The notes below the pieces were generated by a model, which saw only the letters and a list, made by a program, of their open reading frames with translations, was not told the DNA's origin and ran no database searches. DNA of 62,972 nucleotides, the filler included, from Sphacelaria rigidula (lineage: Eukaryota), in assembly GCA_964200075.2 (NCBI GenBank). It is 9 parts of 9 records of this genome, joined end to end, with 100 filler letters (N's around TTAATTAATTAA, not from the genome) between each part and the next. Parts side by side here need not be neighbours in the genome. Positions count along the whole stretch, not along the records: positions 42,049 to 48,956 come from CAXNAA020017469.1; positions 49,057 to 55,964 come from CAXNAA020017470.1; positions 56,065 to 62,972 come from CAXNAA020017471.1; 6 more parts are not named here. One strand, written 5' to 3'. Below are positions 47,297 to 60,186 of the stretch, in pieces; position 1 is the stretch's first letter; each line of letters begins with the position of its first letter. The position numbers and the translations under genes were made by a program.

Positions 47297-49279
47297 TATT
47301 CCAACTGAAGGAAAGCATAAGAAAGCACAAACCAAGGCCATCTTTCTGGATGTACGAAAGTTTCAGCTAAACAATGCCTCATGTTTTGATTCAGCGCCGG
47401 ATTTCGGTCGAACCAGGAGCTGAGCGAGCTGTGCCCCCTCAAAAAAACTGCTGCACCGCGTAACATGACTCTGCCCCACCTTGATGAATCTTTCGCCGAT
47501 AGGAATTTTCTAGATGTGATGTCTTTTCTTGCCGCTACGCCATATCCCAACATTACCGCAGTCAACTACTTCCCCACACAGCGAGAATTGAAATCATATG
47601 TCCCAAAGTATGCCTGGACACTTAGTTCCCAAAAGGACTACAACAACCACAAGCGAACCAGGCAGTGGGGCTTGACATGCTGCTCCAGTAAATGTGCCAT
47701 ATACTATGTGAGAGAACTGACTTAAATCGTCGGTGAGCGGGCAAGTTGCGGCGGCGGGAAATCCGACTATAATGCACAGCGACGAAACATTAAAAAATAC
47801 CATCTTGGGCGATTGAACGACTTCGAGGAAAATCCAATAGAAAAATTGTTCGCATCCTGAATCTTGAGGGATTACATAGGCCAATATCTACGGGTGAAAA
47901 TGCAGATTTGTACAAGTGCGGGGATTTCAGCCATTGTGAAGAGATTTTGCCGCATGGATTGCGTTTCCGGACCCCAGCACGTTTGGAAACATTAAGAAGA
48001 AGCTCTACATTTTCTGGACATTGACTTCGGTACAAAACATAAGGCCACGTCGCTCAAATGGAGGGGGGTCGAAATTTTCGTGCAGGAAGGGCATACTTCG
48101 GCAGCAGAAAATATTTTCCGTCCACACCTGTTCGGGATTCACTGGATTTGAGGAGGAAGGTAAAATCCCTGAAGTCGACATCCTGAGAACTGGGGATGTA
48201 TCCTCGCAGCTGGTCGGACACAATGCCCGGAGAGCCACGTGTCCGAAACCTCAACCGACGCGAAAACAAAGCTTTCAGAGATGCTGAACGGCGCAGATTT
48301 GTCAACATATGCAGATTCTCATCCCGAAGGCCGCTTGTTATGGCATCGACAAAGAAAAATGTTGAAAACCGCCTTTTGGGGGCTTCTACGTCGTTTCACG
48401 CCCTCAAGTAGATGTGAGCAGATTTTGATATCATGGCATGCCTTCATGTTCTCGTTGAGACGTGTCCGGTACACCTGCGCGTTCCTTAGGTGGCCGCACT
48501 TTGTTTTTTGGCCACACACGCGTTTTTCTCCGAGGCGAGTCGAGTTCAGAAAACAAATCGCAAGCTCTTCCGGGCTTCCGCGGTTTCACATAAAAATGAG
48601 CGGTCTTCTAGAAAAATGCGAGTTCGGCCGAGGAAAAAACTGCCACAGGAAAAAGGCACAAGTGTGCCGGAACCGTCTCAGCGGGTACAACAACGCATTC
48701 CAAGGTGTCAAAATCCGCCCACCTCTGTTGAGGGCGTAGAATGATGCAGGGACTCCTAAAAAGGCGATTCTCTAGATTTCTGGTATTTGCCGCAAAAAGC
48801 GGCCTTGGGCCGTTTCTTTCGGTTGGTTATTCTCCCTCGTATTTCGCAAGATATTACGAGGAAAAAATACCGCTGGGAAAATACTATGAGAGATGTTGAC
48901 CCTAGCTTACGGTTGCAGATATATTTTTGAGGGGGGTGGGTACCAAAAGGGTGGGGNNNNNNNNNNNNNNNNNNNNNNNNNNNNNNNNNNNNNNNNNNNN
49001 TTAATTAATTAANNNNNNNNNNNNNNNNNNNNNNNNNNNNNNNNNNNNNNNNNNNNTTCTTGTTGTGCTCGGCTTTTCTCATTTCGATTCACGTGAAGAT
49101 TTTGCCTCCCAAAACCATGCACTTTGGGGGGGGGGGGCTATCGTAGAAAGTGTCTTACCTGAGGGAAAGTGGCCGCTTTGGGACCACCCAAACGTGCAAA
49201 GATACTGTGAAACAGCAATACCAACCTTTGCTGGCATTCATATACGGCAATCAGCACAGAGTTGCACAGAAATCGATAG

Positions 49280-50150
49280 TTTAACGTTCTTACTCGAAAG
49301 CAACGCGGATACAACCGCTGGCAGATAGGGAAACGCAAATTTTTACAGAGGAGAAACTCCATGTTCCCCCATGGGTGCTACATGCGCTGGAGAAAACTCT
49401 GTCGTCGAGTGATGCTGCAATAGGGTCAGCATTTTTACAGCCTGAGAGTAGAATTGTTAGGAACCCTTTCTTTCATCCAAAACACGACTTTCGAAATAGG
49501 TGAGAGTACGCCAGGGGTTTTCTTCCAATTTGCTAGGGATATCCCGAATGAATTTGCAAACGGGGATATCCTGACCCATATTCTTGTGTAGTTCCTAATT
49601 TTATGAACCCCTGAATCAGGCCGGTTTTGGCCCCAAAAGTACAGACCCTATCGCAGCATCACTCCGTCGTCCTTTCATCCCTGGCGGGGGGACAAGGAAG
49701 CCACCCTTCCTCAGGTAATGAGAGTCCTCTCAATCATGTGGACATAGTTGAGAAAATCGAACTGTTTTGTTTCCACGGCTGTTGCGAAATTCGGTTCATG
49801 TCGTTACGGTGGGTGACCTCTCTGCAGGCGGCAGTCAGTACAGTAGAGCAACGAAACCTAGCTATGATCGGGTTTGCCTGCCGTACTGCCGCCAGCGTTG
49901 CTTGGAAGCCACAAGATCTTTGCTGTCGGCGTTTGATGGCGTGGGTGTCAAATGCAACGACAAGTGGTTGGTCATAGAGTAATCTTGTTCCTCGTGGGGT
50001 CATATCTCGCCGGAGCTTGAAACGCATAGCCTCCTCACACCGGAATCAATTCTGGAAAGCTACTACTATACCGAGGTGTTCACGCAGCCAGTGTGTGCTC
50101 CAGATTGCAGCATGGACGCACCCCTTTGCACCACGCTAGAAAACCGTTAG
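49280..50150 (+). pseudogene. Three phase-compatible exon-like blocks of an unknown protein, with an in-frame TAA at 49980
   Basis: The junctions AATAG|gtgag (~49500), cag|GCCG..TCAG|gtaat (~49620-49714) and tgcag|GCGG (~49828) preserve one frame. No family was recognised. Confidence 0.35.
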
Positions 50151-50297
50151 GTCACACCCATAGGTATCTTTCTTCACTCCGCATGTCAAGAAGGTCTCCA
50201 CAAGTGTCTGATCTCTCTCACACGCACACCCCCAACTGGCGTGTCGCACGTTCTCGTGGTCGGTCACCCAGATGGTTTCATGTCGGGTAAAACTAAG

Positions 50298-50547
50298 GAG
50301 GCATCCTGCAATGGGGTGGGGGGGTATTTTGGCCAATTACTTGCACGGCATTCCAAGTCAAATCGTCCACAAAAGCAGCAACGCTTGCTCGAACAAGCTT
50401 GTTTTAGATACATGACGCTCATTCATGCCGATTGACATCGTTTTGAACCAAATACAAGCGCACTGTGAGTGTGGCAGGTCGTCTGACACACTTATACGCC
50501 TCTTTTTTCGGGCAATCAAATACCCCCCCCGTATCGTAGGATGAATC
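50298..50547 (-). mobile_element. Complete, diverged ~250-bp copy of the GAG..CTC MITE
   Basis: Its reverse complement aligns with both sides of 12900-13130. The flanks are TAAG and TAAC. Confidence 0.8.
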
Positions 50548-50730
50548 TAACGATGAATAACACCCCTTAAGATCATATTGAATCTGTTACTAATGCTGCA
50601 GCACCGTCCTTGCTGGCATGTGTGTGACAGAGAACAGTAGCGGTGACGGGAACATTGCCCTGTTTTCAACGGCATGTTTCTTAGCGCAGAGAGGCGCGTC
50701 CTGTTCAAAAAGAGAGGCGAAGAGAAATCG

Positions 50731-51016
50731 CACGGGTGGCCACTGGGGTCTGTAACCTGGCCATTTTGGGACCTTATCCACAAGGTCCGAGGATTGGGTA
50801 GACAACTGAGGAGCATTCGAACAGCATGGACAGGTTCGAAACAAAACATGTCCCAGTCTATAGGCGGGTGACTACCCTGTAGACTGGAACATGTTTTGTT
50901 TCGAACCTGTCCATGCTATGCGAATGCTCTTCAGTTGTCCACCTAATCCGCGGACCTTGCCAAATGTGGATAGGGTCCCAAACAGGCCAGGTTACAGGCC
51001 CTAGTGGCCACCCGTG
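50731..51016. mobile_element. 286-bp palindromic MITE with CACGGGTGGCCAC termini and 2-bp TSD (CG)
   Basis: It forms a whole-element hairpin, CG|CACGGG...CCCGTG|CG. Confidence 0.85.
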
Positions 51017-52642
51017 CGATCTTCGCATTGGTACAAGAAGAGACGAGATCCCTCCGCACGTCGACGGTTTTGGGGGGCTGTGCGCAGCAATATAATAACA
51101 TGCCTACCAGCGCATGAGAAATCGGGTACATGCTGGTAACATGCATGATGCCAGTCTCTCGAGCGGTTGGTAATCGCCGAGAGAGGTCACACAAAGGGCA
51201 CGGGCGAGGAGTTTCCTCTCTGTCGTTGCTTCTCTCTCTAGTGATATCGTCATCGACGCGCGTGTACACCGTATTCGTCCGGTGCACCTAGCCACAACTG
51301 CCTCATTGCTGCAGACCTTTGGAAGAAAATATGGGTTCGTTCTGTGCAACTGTTTCGCGTCATCGCTCCAAAGGAATATACCGCTTGAACCTCATTTTAG
51401 AGATCAACACCATTTTCCAGGATCCGCTGTTAATGGTATGGAGCTTGCGAGCCTTGCTGTAAAGTGCTGCATAATTGTGTTAGCCGTAGGGAGACGCTCA
51501 TTGGCAAGCAGAAAGACTCTTCCGCGAGCAATATCTAGATTATGTTGTGCACTGTTCATTCGTAAATAAGCTACTGTAAGCTGTTGTTGTTTGACCTTGC
51601 TCCAGTGTCCAAAGCATCATCAAATGTGGACCAAACCGTGTACTGAAATCGAGCATTTTACTACCACACTGAATTCAATTAGTTGAACATCACACTTAGA
51701 TCAAGCAGTTTACAACTTCACTAGAGTCAGGTAGTAGTCTACTACCACACTAATTTCAAGTAAATAGATAGTTTCGGGAAACGTTCTGTTCACATCTTGG
51801 AGTCAGAGTGGAAGGAAAAATAGCCGGTAACGGTGCACTTTCCGCTATGAAGTATTTTAGAGAGCGATTTTTCAGAGTGAGGGTGTCGTTTGCACCTCTC
51901 CAATCTGAAAACTGTTGTGCCCCTTCAAAGTCCAAAGCGGGACGAAGACGAACACCCACCTTCACCATCATGATCACAACCAGTTCATAATCAATATACC
52001 GTAACAGGCAAATGGGACATCCATCATAACTGTAATTCTCATCGCAATGGACCATTCACGAAATAGAAACGCTTTGCATCGCAATCAGAAGACGCTGCCA
52101 CGGTATCAACATTCGCTTGATTGCGGGTCAAATACTCGGCGTATACACGCCATTGCCTTGGGTGCAGTCCCTCATTTTTGCCAGCTTCAGTTGTAAGAAG
52201 ATAGTGTGAACGACACGTAGTCTACAACGCACAAGCAGTACTACGCCTAGCTACATTGTCATTCGGTCAGAGTTCATGACTTCTTGCACCACCCTTGCGG
52301 GCGGCATGTTCGATAATCATCACGATGCCGCCTTGTCTGCTGTTTGAAAGTGCTGCGTACTCTTGTACTGTACTCGTACTGTTGTACAACTGGCTGTACG
52401 GTATCGGCGTACTATAGTTCACCGTACCACACTGTGCTGTAGCCCGGCTCAAGTCCGTCAAAACAATGCTGGGATCAGAAGAGATAATCAAGATCTCAGA
52501 GCAGAGGTTCGGGAGCTCAGAGACCTTCTGGAACGAAGCCTGGGGGATCCAGGGGGGAGCAGCGGCCAGAATTAAGGTCGCAGAGAGTCCTCTGTCGGAG
52601 ATAGCGCGCCGGGAGCATCTAGCATAGAGTACGTCGGACGGC

Positions 52643-54107
52643 ATGGAGGAGGTGTCACCGACAGAAGAGCAGCAGCGGCATTGCAAACCGTAGCTCCAGC
52701 TCTTCATGGGAGATCAGCAGGTATTCGAGGCCTGAATCTTCCGAGGAGGTCAGCAGGTATACCAGGCCTGGATCTTTCACGCCCACCAGCGGTAAGTACT
52801 GCAAAATGGTGGGAAAATGTAGATGTGTTTGGATCGAGTTTCGGAGGTGGTAACACAAGCACAGGTGGCGTGTCGTCTTTAGCAATTAGAGGTACTCGAG
52901 TACCTGCTGGTTTGAAATTCAACGGAATCACTGCGGAATTCCCATCATGGAAAGAGCGCTTTTCTATACATGCCAAGCAATGCGGATTATATGCGGCCTA
53001 CACTACTACTGATGATATTCCAGTCGCTGATATTGGAATAGATTTAGCACCTTTGGTTGAGCAGGACTTCACGGTGAGCCAAATCAAGAAAGCACAGACT
53101 GCATGTTGGCATCTGGATGATTGTATAATGTGCAAAAGTGTAAGAGCAATGATTAATAACGCAAAAAATCCCCAGTAAGGCATGAAGTGCATGAACAATC
53201 AATTTTATGAGCACAAGCTCAACGGGTTGAAGTGAAAAAACGGGAAGATCCGCACGTACATGTTTTTCACAGCTCAAGGAAGACTTGAGCGTTCTACTTA
53301 TGCTAGGGGTAGAGAAGGATGATAGAGCTGTTTGTTCCCTTATGCTGCGTGGATTAACAACTGAATACGGAATGGTCAAAAACGTCATGAATATTCATTT
53401 TTTTGCGTGATGTAGAAACAATTGAAAACCACGTCCGGAATGCTTACCTTGATTTCTCTGTAAAGGGCAAAATCGCCAATTCGACCGGGCAAGCTCTAGT
53501 TGCCAAAGCCGGGGCGGGTAAAATAAGGGTAAACTTATGAAGTCGAAACCTGATAATGATACAAGTAATGCCGCGAACGCTGAAAACGTAGGCAGGAGGC
53601 CTCTGGAGTGTTTTCGTTGTGGTCTTCCACACAAGGTTCGAGACTGCAAAGCTCGCGAAATTAGGGCGCCAGACCAGGAAGGCGAAGCGGAATCGAAGAA
53701 AGACAGTGGTGAGCTTTTACGGTTGAAGTCATTTGCTGCTTTGGTTTCTAGGCCTTTCTGTGGAGAGTAGTATGGTGATACTTGTGTTCCCTATTACTCG
53801 ACAGATTCGTTACGATGCATGAGAGATCTTACTCAGGTAAATCTTGGTGTTGGGGGAATGGGAGGTGCGATGTTTCGTTGCGAGGTAATTTGACAGTAGT
53901 AGTTTTCGTCTCATAGGAGAAGGAGTACGTAGCAGAGTTAAAAGACGTGATGTACGTCGTCCCTAATCTGGGATACAACCTCTTTCCACCTCGTGCGGAG
54001 TTTGATGGTAGGAGTTGGGACCGACTTGGAGGTCCAGGTGGCATAACGACTGCATTTAACGGTCGTGTAGCTGTCGCAAACCAGTATGGTATGCTAGTGG
54101 CGATAGC
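52643..54107 (+). mobile_element. Degraded Ty1/copia gag-protease remnant
   Basis: KFNGITAEFPSWKERF resembles a copia gag N-terminus, CFRCGLPHKVRDC is knuckle-like, and LKDVMYVVPNLGYNLF matches the copia post-protease motif. There are many stops, and no INT or RT was seen. Confidence 0.7.
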
Positions 54108-55572
54108 ATATAGCAGCCTGGATTCCTTTTTGAGGTTCAACATTTGGGTGAGGTTCAACGGACCATCGAAATTTCGTTTGTTTTGTTCAAAAGCCTCGGG
54201 ATCGCAACTGGTTTCGACCATGCAACTCTAACCCAGAAGTTTCTGCACGGCAGCGCAAGGATGATGATGAGCAGTCCAACAGAAAAACCGCCGCCGTTGA
54301 TTGTGCGGCATCTTTTGAGCAGGACCTGCGTCTAAGCGCTACGGGACACGTAACAAAGCATGCTGGAAACATACTTCTTTGGACTAGTCATCGAGGTTTC
54401 GAGCGCCTCTTGCTGAGTATCTGAGAGAGACTTCATACTGTTGCGCCGGCGACGACCGCCGTCTGCGAAATGATCCAATGCGGCGGCAGACGCCAGCGAC
54501 ATTTTGAAACGCAGCATCACTCAGCAGTCTGCTGAGATATACCATCACCAGGGTCAGGATTAGCGCGCAGGGAAAGTCCTGAAGGGACGGGTGGTTTTCT
54601 TGGAAAGCAGTCGTTCATTGTAACGGGTATAAAGCGTTCAAGCAAGGAAATTTCGATTTTGAACAGAGAAGGACGTACTATGATACCCCTGAGTACTATC
54701 CTACATGTGTCATTCCGAGCGAAATTCTCCAAATACCCCCATAGTTGTCGAAAATCGTATCTGAGGGGGAGGGTGCCAGCGCTTTTCGTCGCTGGATCAG
54801 ATCCCGCTTAGGACTGTCAGGAGGGATATTCAAAATACAGCTGATGCGGGTTCTTAATTGAACGGACCGGCTTGGATTTCGCAAGCGCGTTGCACTACAG
54901 GAGTATTGTTCGGCAGCCTCACCGCGAAACCGGTTCTCGACACAGCCACGGAGGAGGTGGCCATACAAGGCGTGATAGCTGGTTCAGACTGGATGAAGCG
55001 CCTCGCATGGGCACTACTGACGAAACAACCCCAAGCGTGGGACTAACCCTCACCCTCGTTGTGTGTGCCTGCAGCTTTTTTGTGGAGCATCCATTTCATC
55101 CAACTGACAACTGCACTGTAGTGATGCTGTACTCTGGTGATGGTATATCTCAGCAGACTGCTGAGTGATGCTGCGTTTCAAATATCGCTGGCGTCTGCCG
55201 CCGCATTGGATCCTCACGCTGACGGCGGTCGTCGCCAGCGCAACAGTATGAAGTCTCTCTCAGATACTCAGCAAGAGGCGCTCGAAACCTCGATGACTAG
55301 TCCAAAGAAGTATGTTTCCAGCATGCTTTGTTACGTGTCCCGTAGCGCTTAGACGCAGGTCCTGCTTAAACGATGCCGCACAATCAACGACGGCGGTTTT
55401 CTGTTGGACTGCTCATCATCATGCTTGCGCTGCCGTGCAGGAACTTTTGGGTTAGAGTTGCATGGTAACCGGTTGCGATCCCGAGGCTTTTGAACAAAAC
55501 GAACGAAATTTCGATGGTCCGTTGAACCTCATCCAAATGTTGAACCTCCAAAACGAATCCAGGCTGTTATAT
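54108..55572. mobile_element. Foldback element with ~440-bp TIRs (54108-54551, 55134-55572) and a ~580-bp spacer
   Basis: The long inverted homology also shows up as mirrored ORFs. No clear TSD was found. Confidence 0.85.
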
Positions 55573-55855
55573 CGGCTTGGGGAGCAATTTAATGCTTCTG
55601 TACTGCCAGCACTAATGCCCTCACACCCACCCCCTAACACAAGTGTATGAATATTTATTTGTTTCACTGTATCTACGGCCATGTTCATGGACAGCTTTTG
55701 AAGTATACAGCAAAACCATTAAACAGCCGATTTCATATTTTGGGGTTCAACACTAAAATGGGGTTGAAGTCGCACTTCTCTGTTGCAGGAAAGGTACGAG
55801 AGAGTAACACAGAGCGAAAGTATCTTCCTCCCCAAAACTCCGCAGGAGGAGTTAA

Positions 55856-55957
55856 CCATTAGACCGCGAGAGTAGGTCACCTGCTGAATCGGCATCAATA
55901 TTCACTTGAAAAAAGTGCACGTGGTCCAGATGGACTACCGGCACCGCGGTCCAAGGG
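55856..55957. mobile_element. 102-bp piggyBac-like MITE with TTAA TSD
   Basis: It reads TTAA|CCATTAGACCGCG...CGCGGTCCAAGGG|TTAA. Confidence 0.75.
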
Positions 55958-56685
55958 TTAAGCANNNNNNNNNNNNNNNNNNNNNNNNNNNNNNNNNNNN
56001 NNNNNNNNTTAATTAATTAANNNNNNNNNNNNNNNNNNNNNNNNNNNNNNNNNNNNNNNNNNNNCGTCTGTGTCGATGAGATATTGCTTTTAGAGCTTAA
56101 ATCCGTTTTTAGGCTGGCCCAGCTCGTAGCAATGAAACGGTTCCCCGTGTCGCTAGGCTGCGCAGGCACAACGTGGGATCAAAACTGTTCTCGCGTCTAC
56201 TTTGTCTGCATCCCAAAATACGGAACATTATTCGATGTCCCATCCGTACAGCGGTAAACCGACACAAGCTCCTTCGCGGCCCTCACTCATCATTCGATTC
56301 ACAGTCGAGATGTGTCAAGATTACACCACGTCGATAGCTAATAGGAGTAGATGTTTTCAGCAACGCCAGCCTTGATAAAAGGTTGGTCATGGCTGGGTGG
56401 CTATCCGTTTTCATCATTAACCAGCACACGTTTGCGCACGTCCAGTATCGATCTGTTTGAGGCGTAAATTTGACTGTGCACAACCAACTCTACAGCTTTG
56501 GGAAAATATATATATCGCGCCCATGAGGTGCAAAAGTTGAAAATATCTTTTGTTCAGCTTTCCTCTCGTTTCCATGGGAAATGGTCACAGGTAAAATATT
56601 TCTCTTCACATACTGATGGAACATGTTCACGTTCGTACACTGCATGCTATTTGATCGGAGTAGTACAAAAAACACATTTCCCGTA

Positions 56686-57132
56686 CGAGCTGGACCAGCC
56701 TAAAAACGGATTTAAGCTCTCAAAGCGATATCTCAACGACACAGACGAGTTGAGCCGTGATCCGCATATCGTATTTATCGTCCAATCAAGGGGAAGGTGC
56801 CCATCTGCTCAAAAGTTTGGGCCAATTTTTTCTCGTCGAGTAAACCCCATGTATAGTAATTCGGGGTATGGACAATCAACAGGGCATCAAGAAAAGCTGT
56901 CTGTGAGGTCCTGGCGATCTTTCTTCTTTTTTGCGAATTAAAGGCAAAATCAGTTTGAAGGTTTCAGTCAAATACCCCCAACTCACGAGAAAAAAAAATC
57001 GTTGGGACCTCACAGACAGCTTTTCTTCATGCCCTGTTGATTGTTTATACCAAATTTCACTTTTCAACTCCAATTTTTTTTTTGCTAATTCGGCTGCAAA
57101 GTACAAATCCGCTTGTAGGCTGGCCCAGCCTG
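56686..57132. mobile_element. Mariner-like MITE, TA|CGAGCTGG..; another terminus of the family at 56065-56127
   Basis: It has TA-flanked TIRs and an internal ~40-bp inverted repeat (56872-56910 / 57003-57043). Confidence 0.7.
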
Positions 57133-57152
57133 TATACTTCGAGAAATCAATA

Positions 57153-57749
57153 CGAGCTGGGCCAGCTTAGAAGCGGCTAAAAGTTGCTCATACCACAGCT
57201 TTCCCAGTTTCACGAATGAATCCGATGTAAGCATATCACTGTGAAGTGAAGACCAACCTGGTAACACACGGCACCGCTGTTGAATGACAAAAAAAACCAC
57301 AACAACTGCATAATGTATGACCTCAACGACGACGGACGAAAAAAAAAGAGAAATTGTCGGGATTCGAATTCATGACCTCCATAATTGGAGTATCTCATCA
57401 CTTGATTTATAGGGGCGCAGCAGCGTCATGGAAAATGTTGAACGCAGGGCTCAATTTGACGATTATTCAGCTGAAATTTCAGGTAGACCTTCTGCACCCA
57501 AGGAACTGATACTTCACGTGAGCAGCTGCAGATTCTCCTTCTTTTCCTCGACTCAAGACATCATCTTGTTTTTGCTGAAATTTCAAATGCCCATAAATTT
57601 TTTTCATCTCTTTTTTTTTTTGCTGCCGACGTGATCTTCTGCATGTCGATCATACAAAGCTGCTGTCAAAATTTCAGCGTCTGACTCCCAATATCACGCC
57701 GTGCGTCGCCTGCGCGAGAGTCACACCTACTTTAGGTTGGCCCAGCTCG
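57153..57749. mobile_element. Mariner-like MITE homologous (inverted) to 46708-47296
   Basis: It reads TA|CGAGCTGGGCCAGC...GTTGGCCCAGCTCG|TA. Confidence 0.78.
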
Positions 57750-58124
57750 TAGGATCATTGAGATTGAAGTTTCACAGACATCGAGCACCAGTACTCAGCG
57801 AAAGAACACACACGACGTGCCGGACAGGCTGTTTTTTGCATGTTGATGTGAAAAAAATACACGTGAAAATGTGTACACACACGTACAACCCACACTTTCT
57901 AGATTAAAAAAACAGATACTAGAGGAAGGATAGAGGGCCGCGTATGTTCGCGTGTTGACGTTGGGCAGATACATGAGTGTTCCCGCTCGTGTGAGGCTCA
58001 GTCTCACCCCTTCAATCGTCGGGGGTGGTCCATGTGTGGAATCGACATAACGTACACCTGGAAAATGACTGAAAATAATGCCGGTTTTATAAACAGACCA
58101 CCTTCGGGGGTCAAAGGGTTTTGA

Positions 58125-58225
58125 TTCCTTAGATCGCGAGGGTAGTCGATCTCGGTCATGCATATTTTTTCCCCAAGTTAAATTGGTGCCAATTCAACAG
58201 ATGCCCTACTCTCGCCGTCTAAGGG
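58125..58225. mobile_element. Second piggyBac-like MITE copy, inverted relative to 55856-55957
   Basis: It ends CCGTCTAAGGG|TTAA, and its interior matches the reverse complement of the 55856 copy. Confidence 0.7.
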
Positions 58226-59427
58226 TTAACGAGAAGAGATTGTGACGGTGAGAATTAGAGCGACGGACAGCTCAAGCGTGGAAACCATATTAAGTTGTAT
58301 TTCGCATTCCCATTGCCGTTCTTACACAAGATTCATTTTTGTGAGGACGTAGGACTAATCCGATGAGAATACGAAACGGAACGTGAATTGGTTGCCGCGT
58401 GTGGCCTGTTCGTTATTATCGCCCCCATTCTCACTTCTTTTTTCAAGACGGGGCCTGAAAACGTCAGGTTCTGCACCGATAGTCACATTTGGCAGAGATA
58501 AATTATTGCCCCCAAACCTTGGGGCGAACCGTGGTCCACAACACAAGGCACCCTGTTTTCCCGCAACAGTCGAACACGAAAGAATTAGAGTACATCAGCA
58601 GTTCGAAGCGTGGGCAAGTGCTCTGCCTCTCTCACAACAATTTTCATGAAAAAAATCGGTGCAACACGCTTTCACGGAGAACATGGTTGCAGACCCATGA
58701 CCAATGAACATTATTTCTGCACTTTCGTTGATTTCAAGGCCTCGATGGACTTGTTTCGGCAAGACAGAATTCAGGCGACCCCGAATGTTGGGCCATTCAG
58801 GTAGATCCGAAGCATTTTTCACAATACAATCGTCAGCCGGAAGGATGAAATGAAACAAGAAGACCCTCCGAGAACCATTGGCTGAAAAAATAAAACTATC
58901 GATCGGCAATGTTAGGAGTGCCCCGGGGCAGCACACTTGAAATGACTGTATCGGGTGGTCGGGGTAGGAAGGCTTACGAGGTACGGTATTTTGGGGGTGT
59001 CGATACTTCAGGCACCCCAGAATGTCAAGTATGTACGGCAGTCGATAACCAAGGTACTGTACTCTGAAGTACGGAGTACTCCAAAATATCCTTGAAATCT
59101 AGGGTTCCACAAGGTGTACTCTAACCTGACCACCGTTAGGCTCCCTCTGTGGATGAAGCATAGCCTGTAACGAAAAACTGAACATTGTTGTGCTAATCAT
59201 CAGTCGGGGGTGAGAAGCAAGTCAACCGGTGACTCTGCTACCTCGACGAGGCCGCTTGCGGATCCATTCATGTGCGCGACTATTTGATCACCATGCAGTC
59301 GCGTTCGGCTTCAAGAAACCAAACCGTCGGTGCCGTAAAACGCGACGGATTAACGAGAAGGCGTGCATACTTGACGATAATGAGCACTACTCTCTCGTCT
59401 GACTCGCAAGCTACTTAGAATTCGCAG

Positions 59428-60186
59428 CTACACCATCCGTTCCCGTGTGTCCCCACGAGCTGTTCGTTGACACCTTGCTCTCACCTCTATCGCTGGCTCT
59501 GCTTGAAGGTCCCCTGGTTCTAGCGTTGAAGAGGTTTCCCTTGTACTCGTGCTCGTACACCCTTCGGCTACGCCCAACTCCCCATCGCGCTCGTCACTCT
59601 CGGCTGTGCCATCCAGAGGATCCCCAGAATCGCCACTATCGTAAACGCTATCGCCATCCGCATCGGCATTGTACTCGTCTCCAACATCGTCACCAACCCC
59701 ACCAATGTCGCGATAAAGCACATCCATTTCTCCCGTAGCACCACTCTCACGCCCTCCCTCAGCATCTGTGCTCGCATCATCCTCATCCGTCATCGCCATT
59801 TCCTCGCCTTTGCCCGCCGCAGCAGACTCCACCTTTCCTGTAAGCAGAGACGATAAACCCTCCTCGGCCTCCTGCATGTCTACGCTGCTGACTGCCTCCT
59901 GGACATCAACGCTACTGGCGGTGTCTTCCGCCGCATACCCTGCTACGTGCGCTCCTTCAACGGTCGACGTTTTCCGGGCGTCTCGAACGAACGCAGCGCA
60001 TGCGCCATCGGGTGTTGATGATCGCGACTGGGCTGTAGGTGACCCGCCGGCCTGCTCTGCGCTCCCGCCACCATCGCTGCTCCCCTCAGGATACATCCCA
60101 ACGTCATTAATAGCCTGCATATCACCCGGCCAGGAAGCACAAACCAACGAGAAGACAAAACAAGATTTCACTTTCGTTACAGACAA
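59428..60186 (-). CDS. Acidic (D/E/G/S-rich) low-complexity ORF or exon, unknown function
   Basis: It is a 252-codon open frame with biased composition. Its boundaries are uncertain. Confidence 0.4.
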   Translation of the reverse strand: MSVTKVKSCFVFSLVCASWPGDMQAINDVGMYPEGSSDGGGSAEQAGGSPTAQSRSSTPDGACAAFVRDARKTSTVEGAHVAGYAAEDTASSVDVQEAVSSVDMQEAEEGLSSLLTGKVESAAAGKGEEMAMTDEDDASTDAEGGRESGATGEMDVLYRDIGGVGDDVGDEYNADADGDSVYDSGDSGDPLDGTAESDERDGELGVAEGCTSTSTRETSSTLEPGDLQAEPAIEVRARCQRTARGDTRERMV

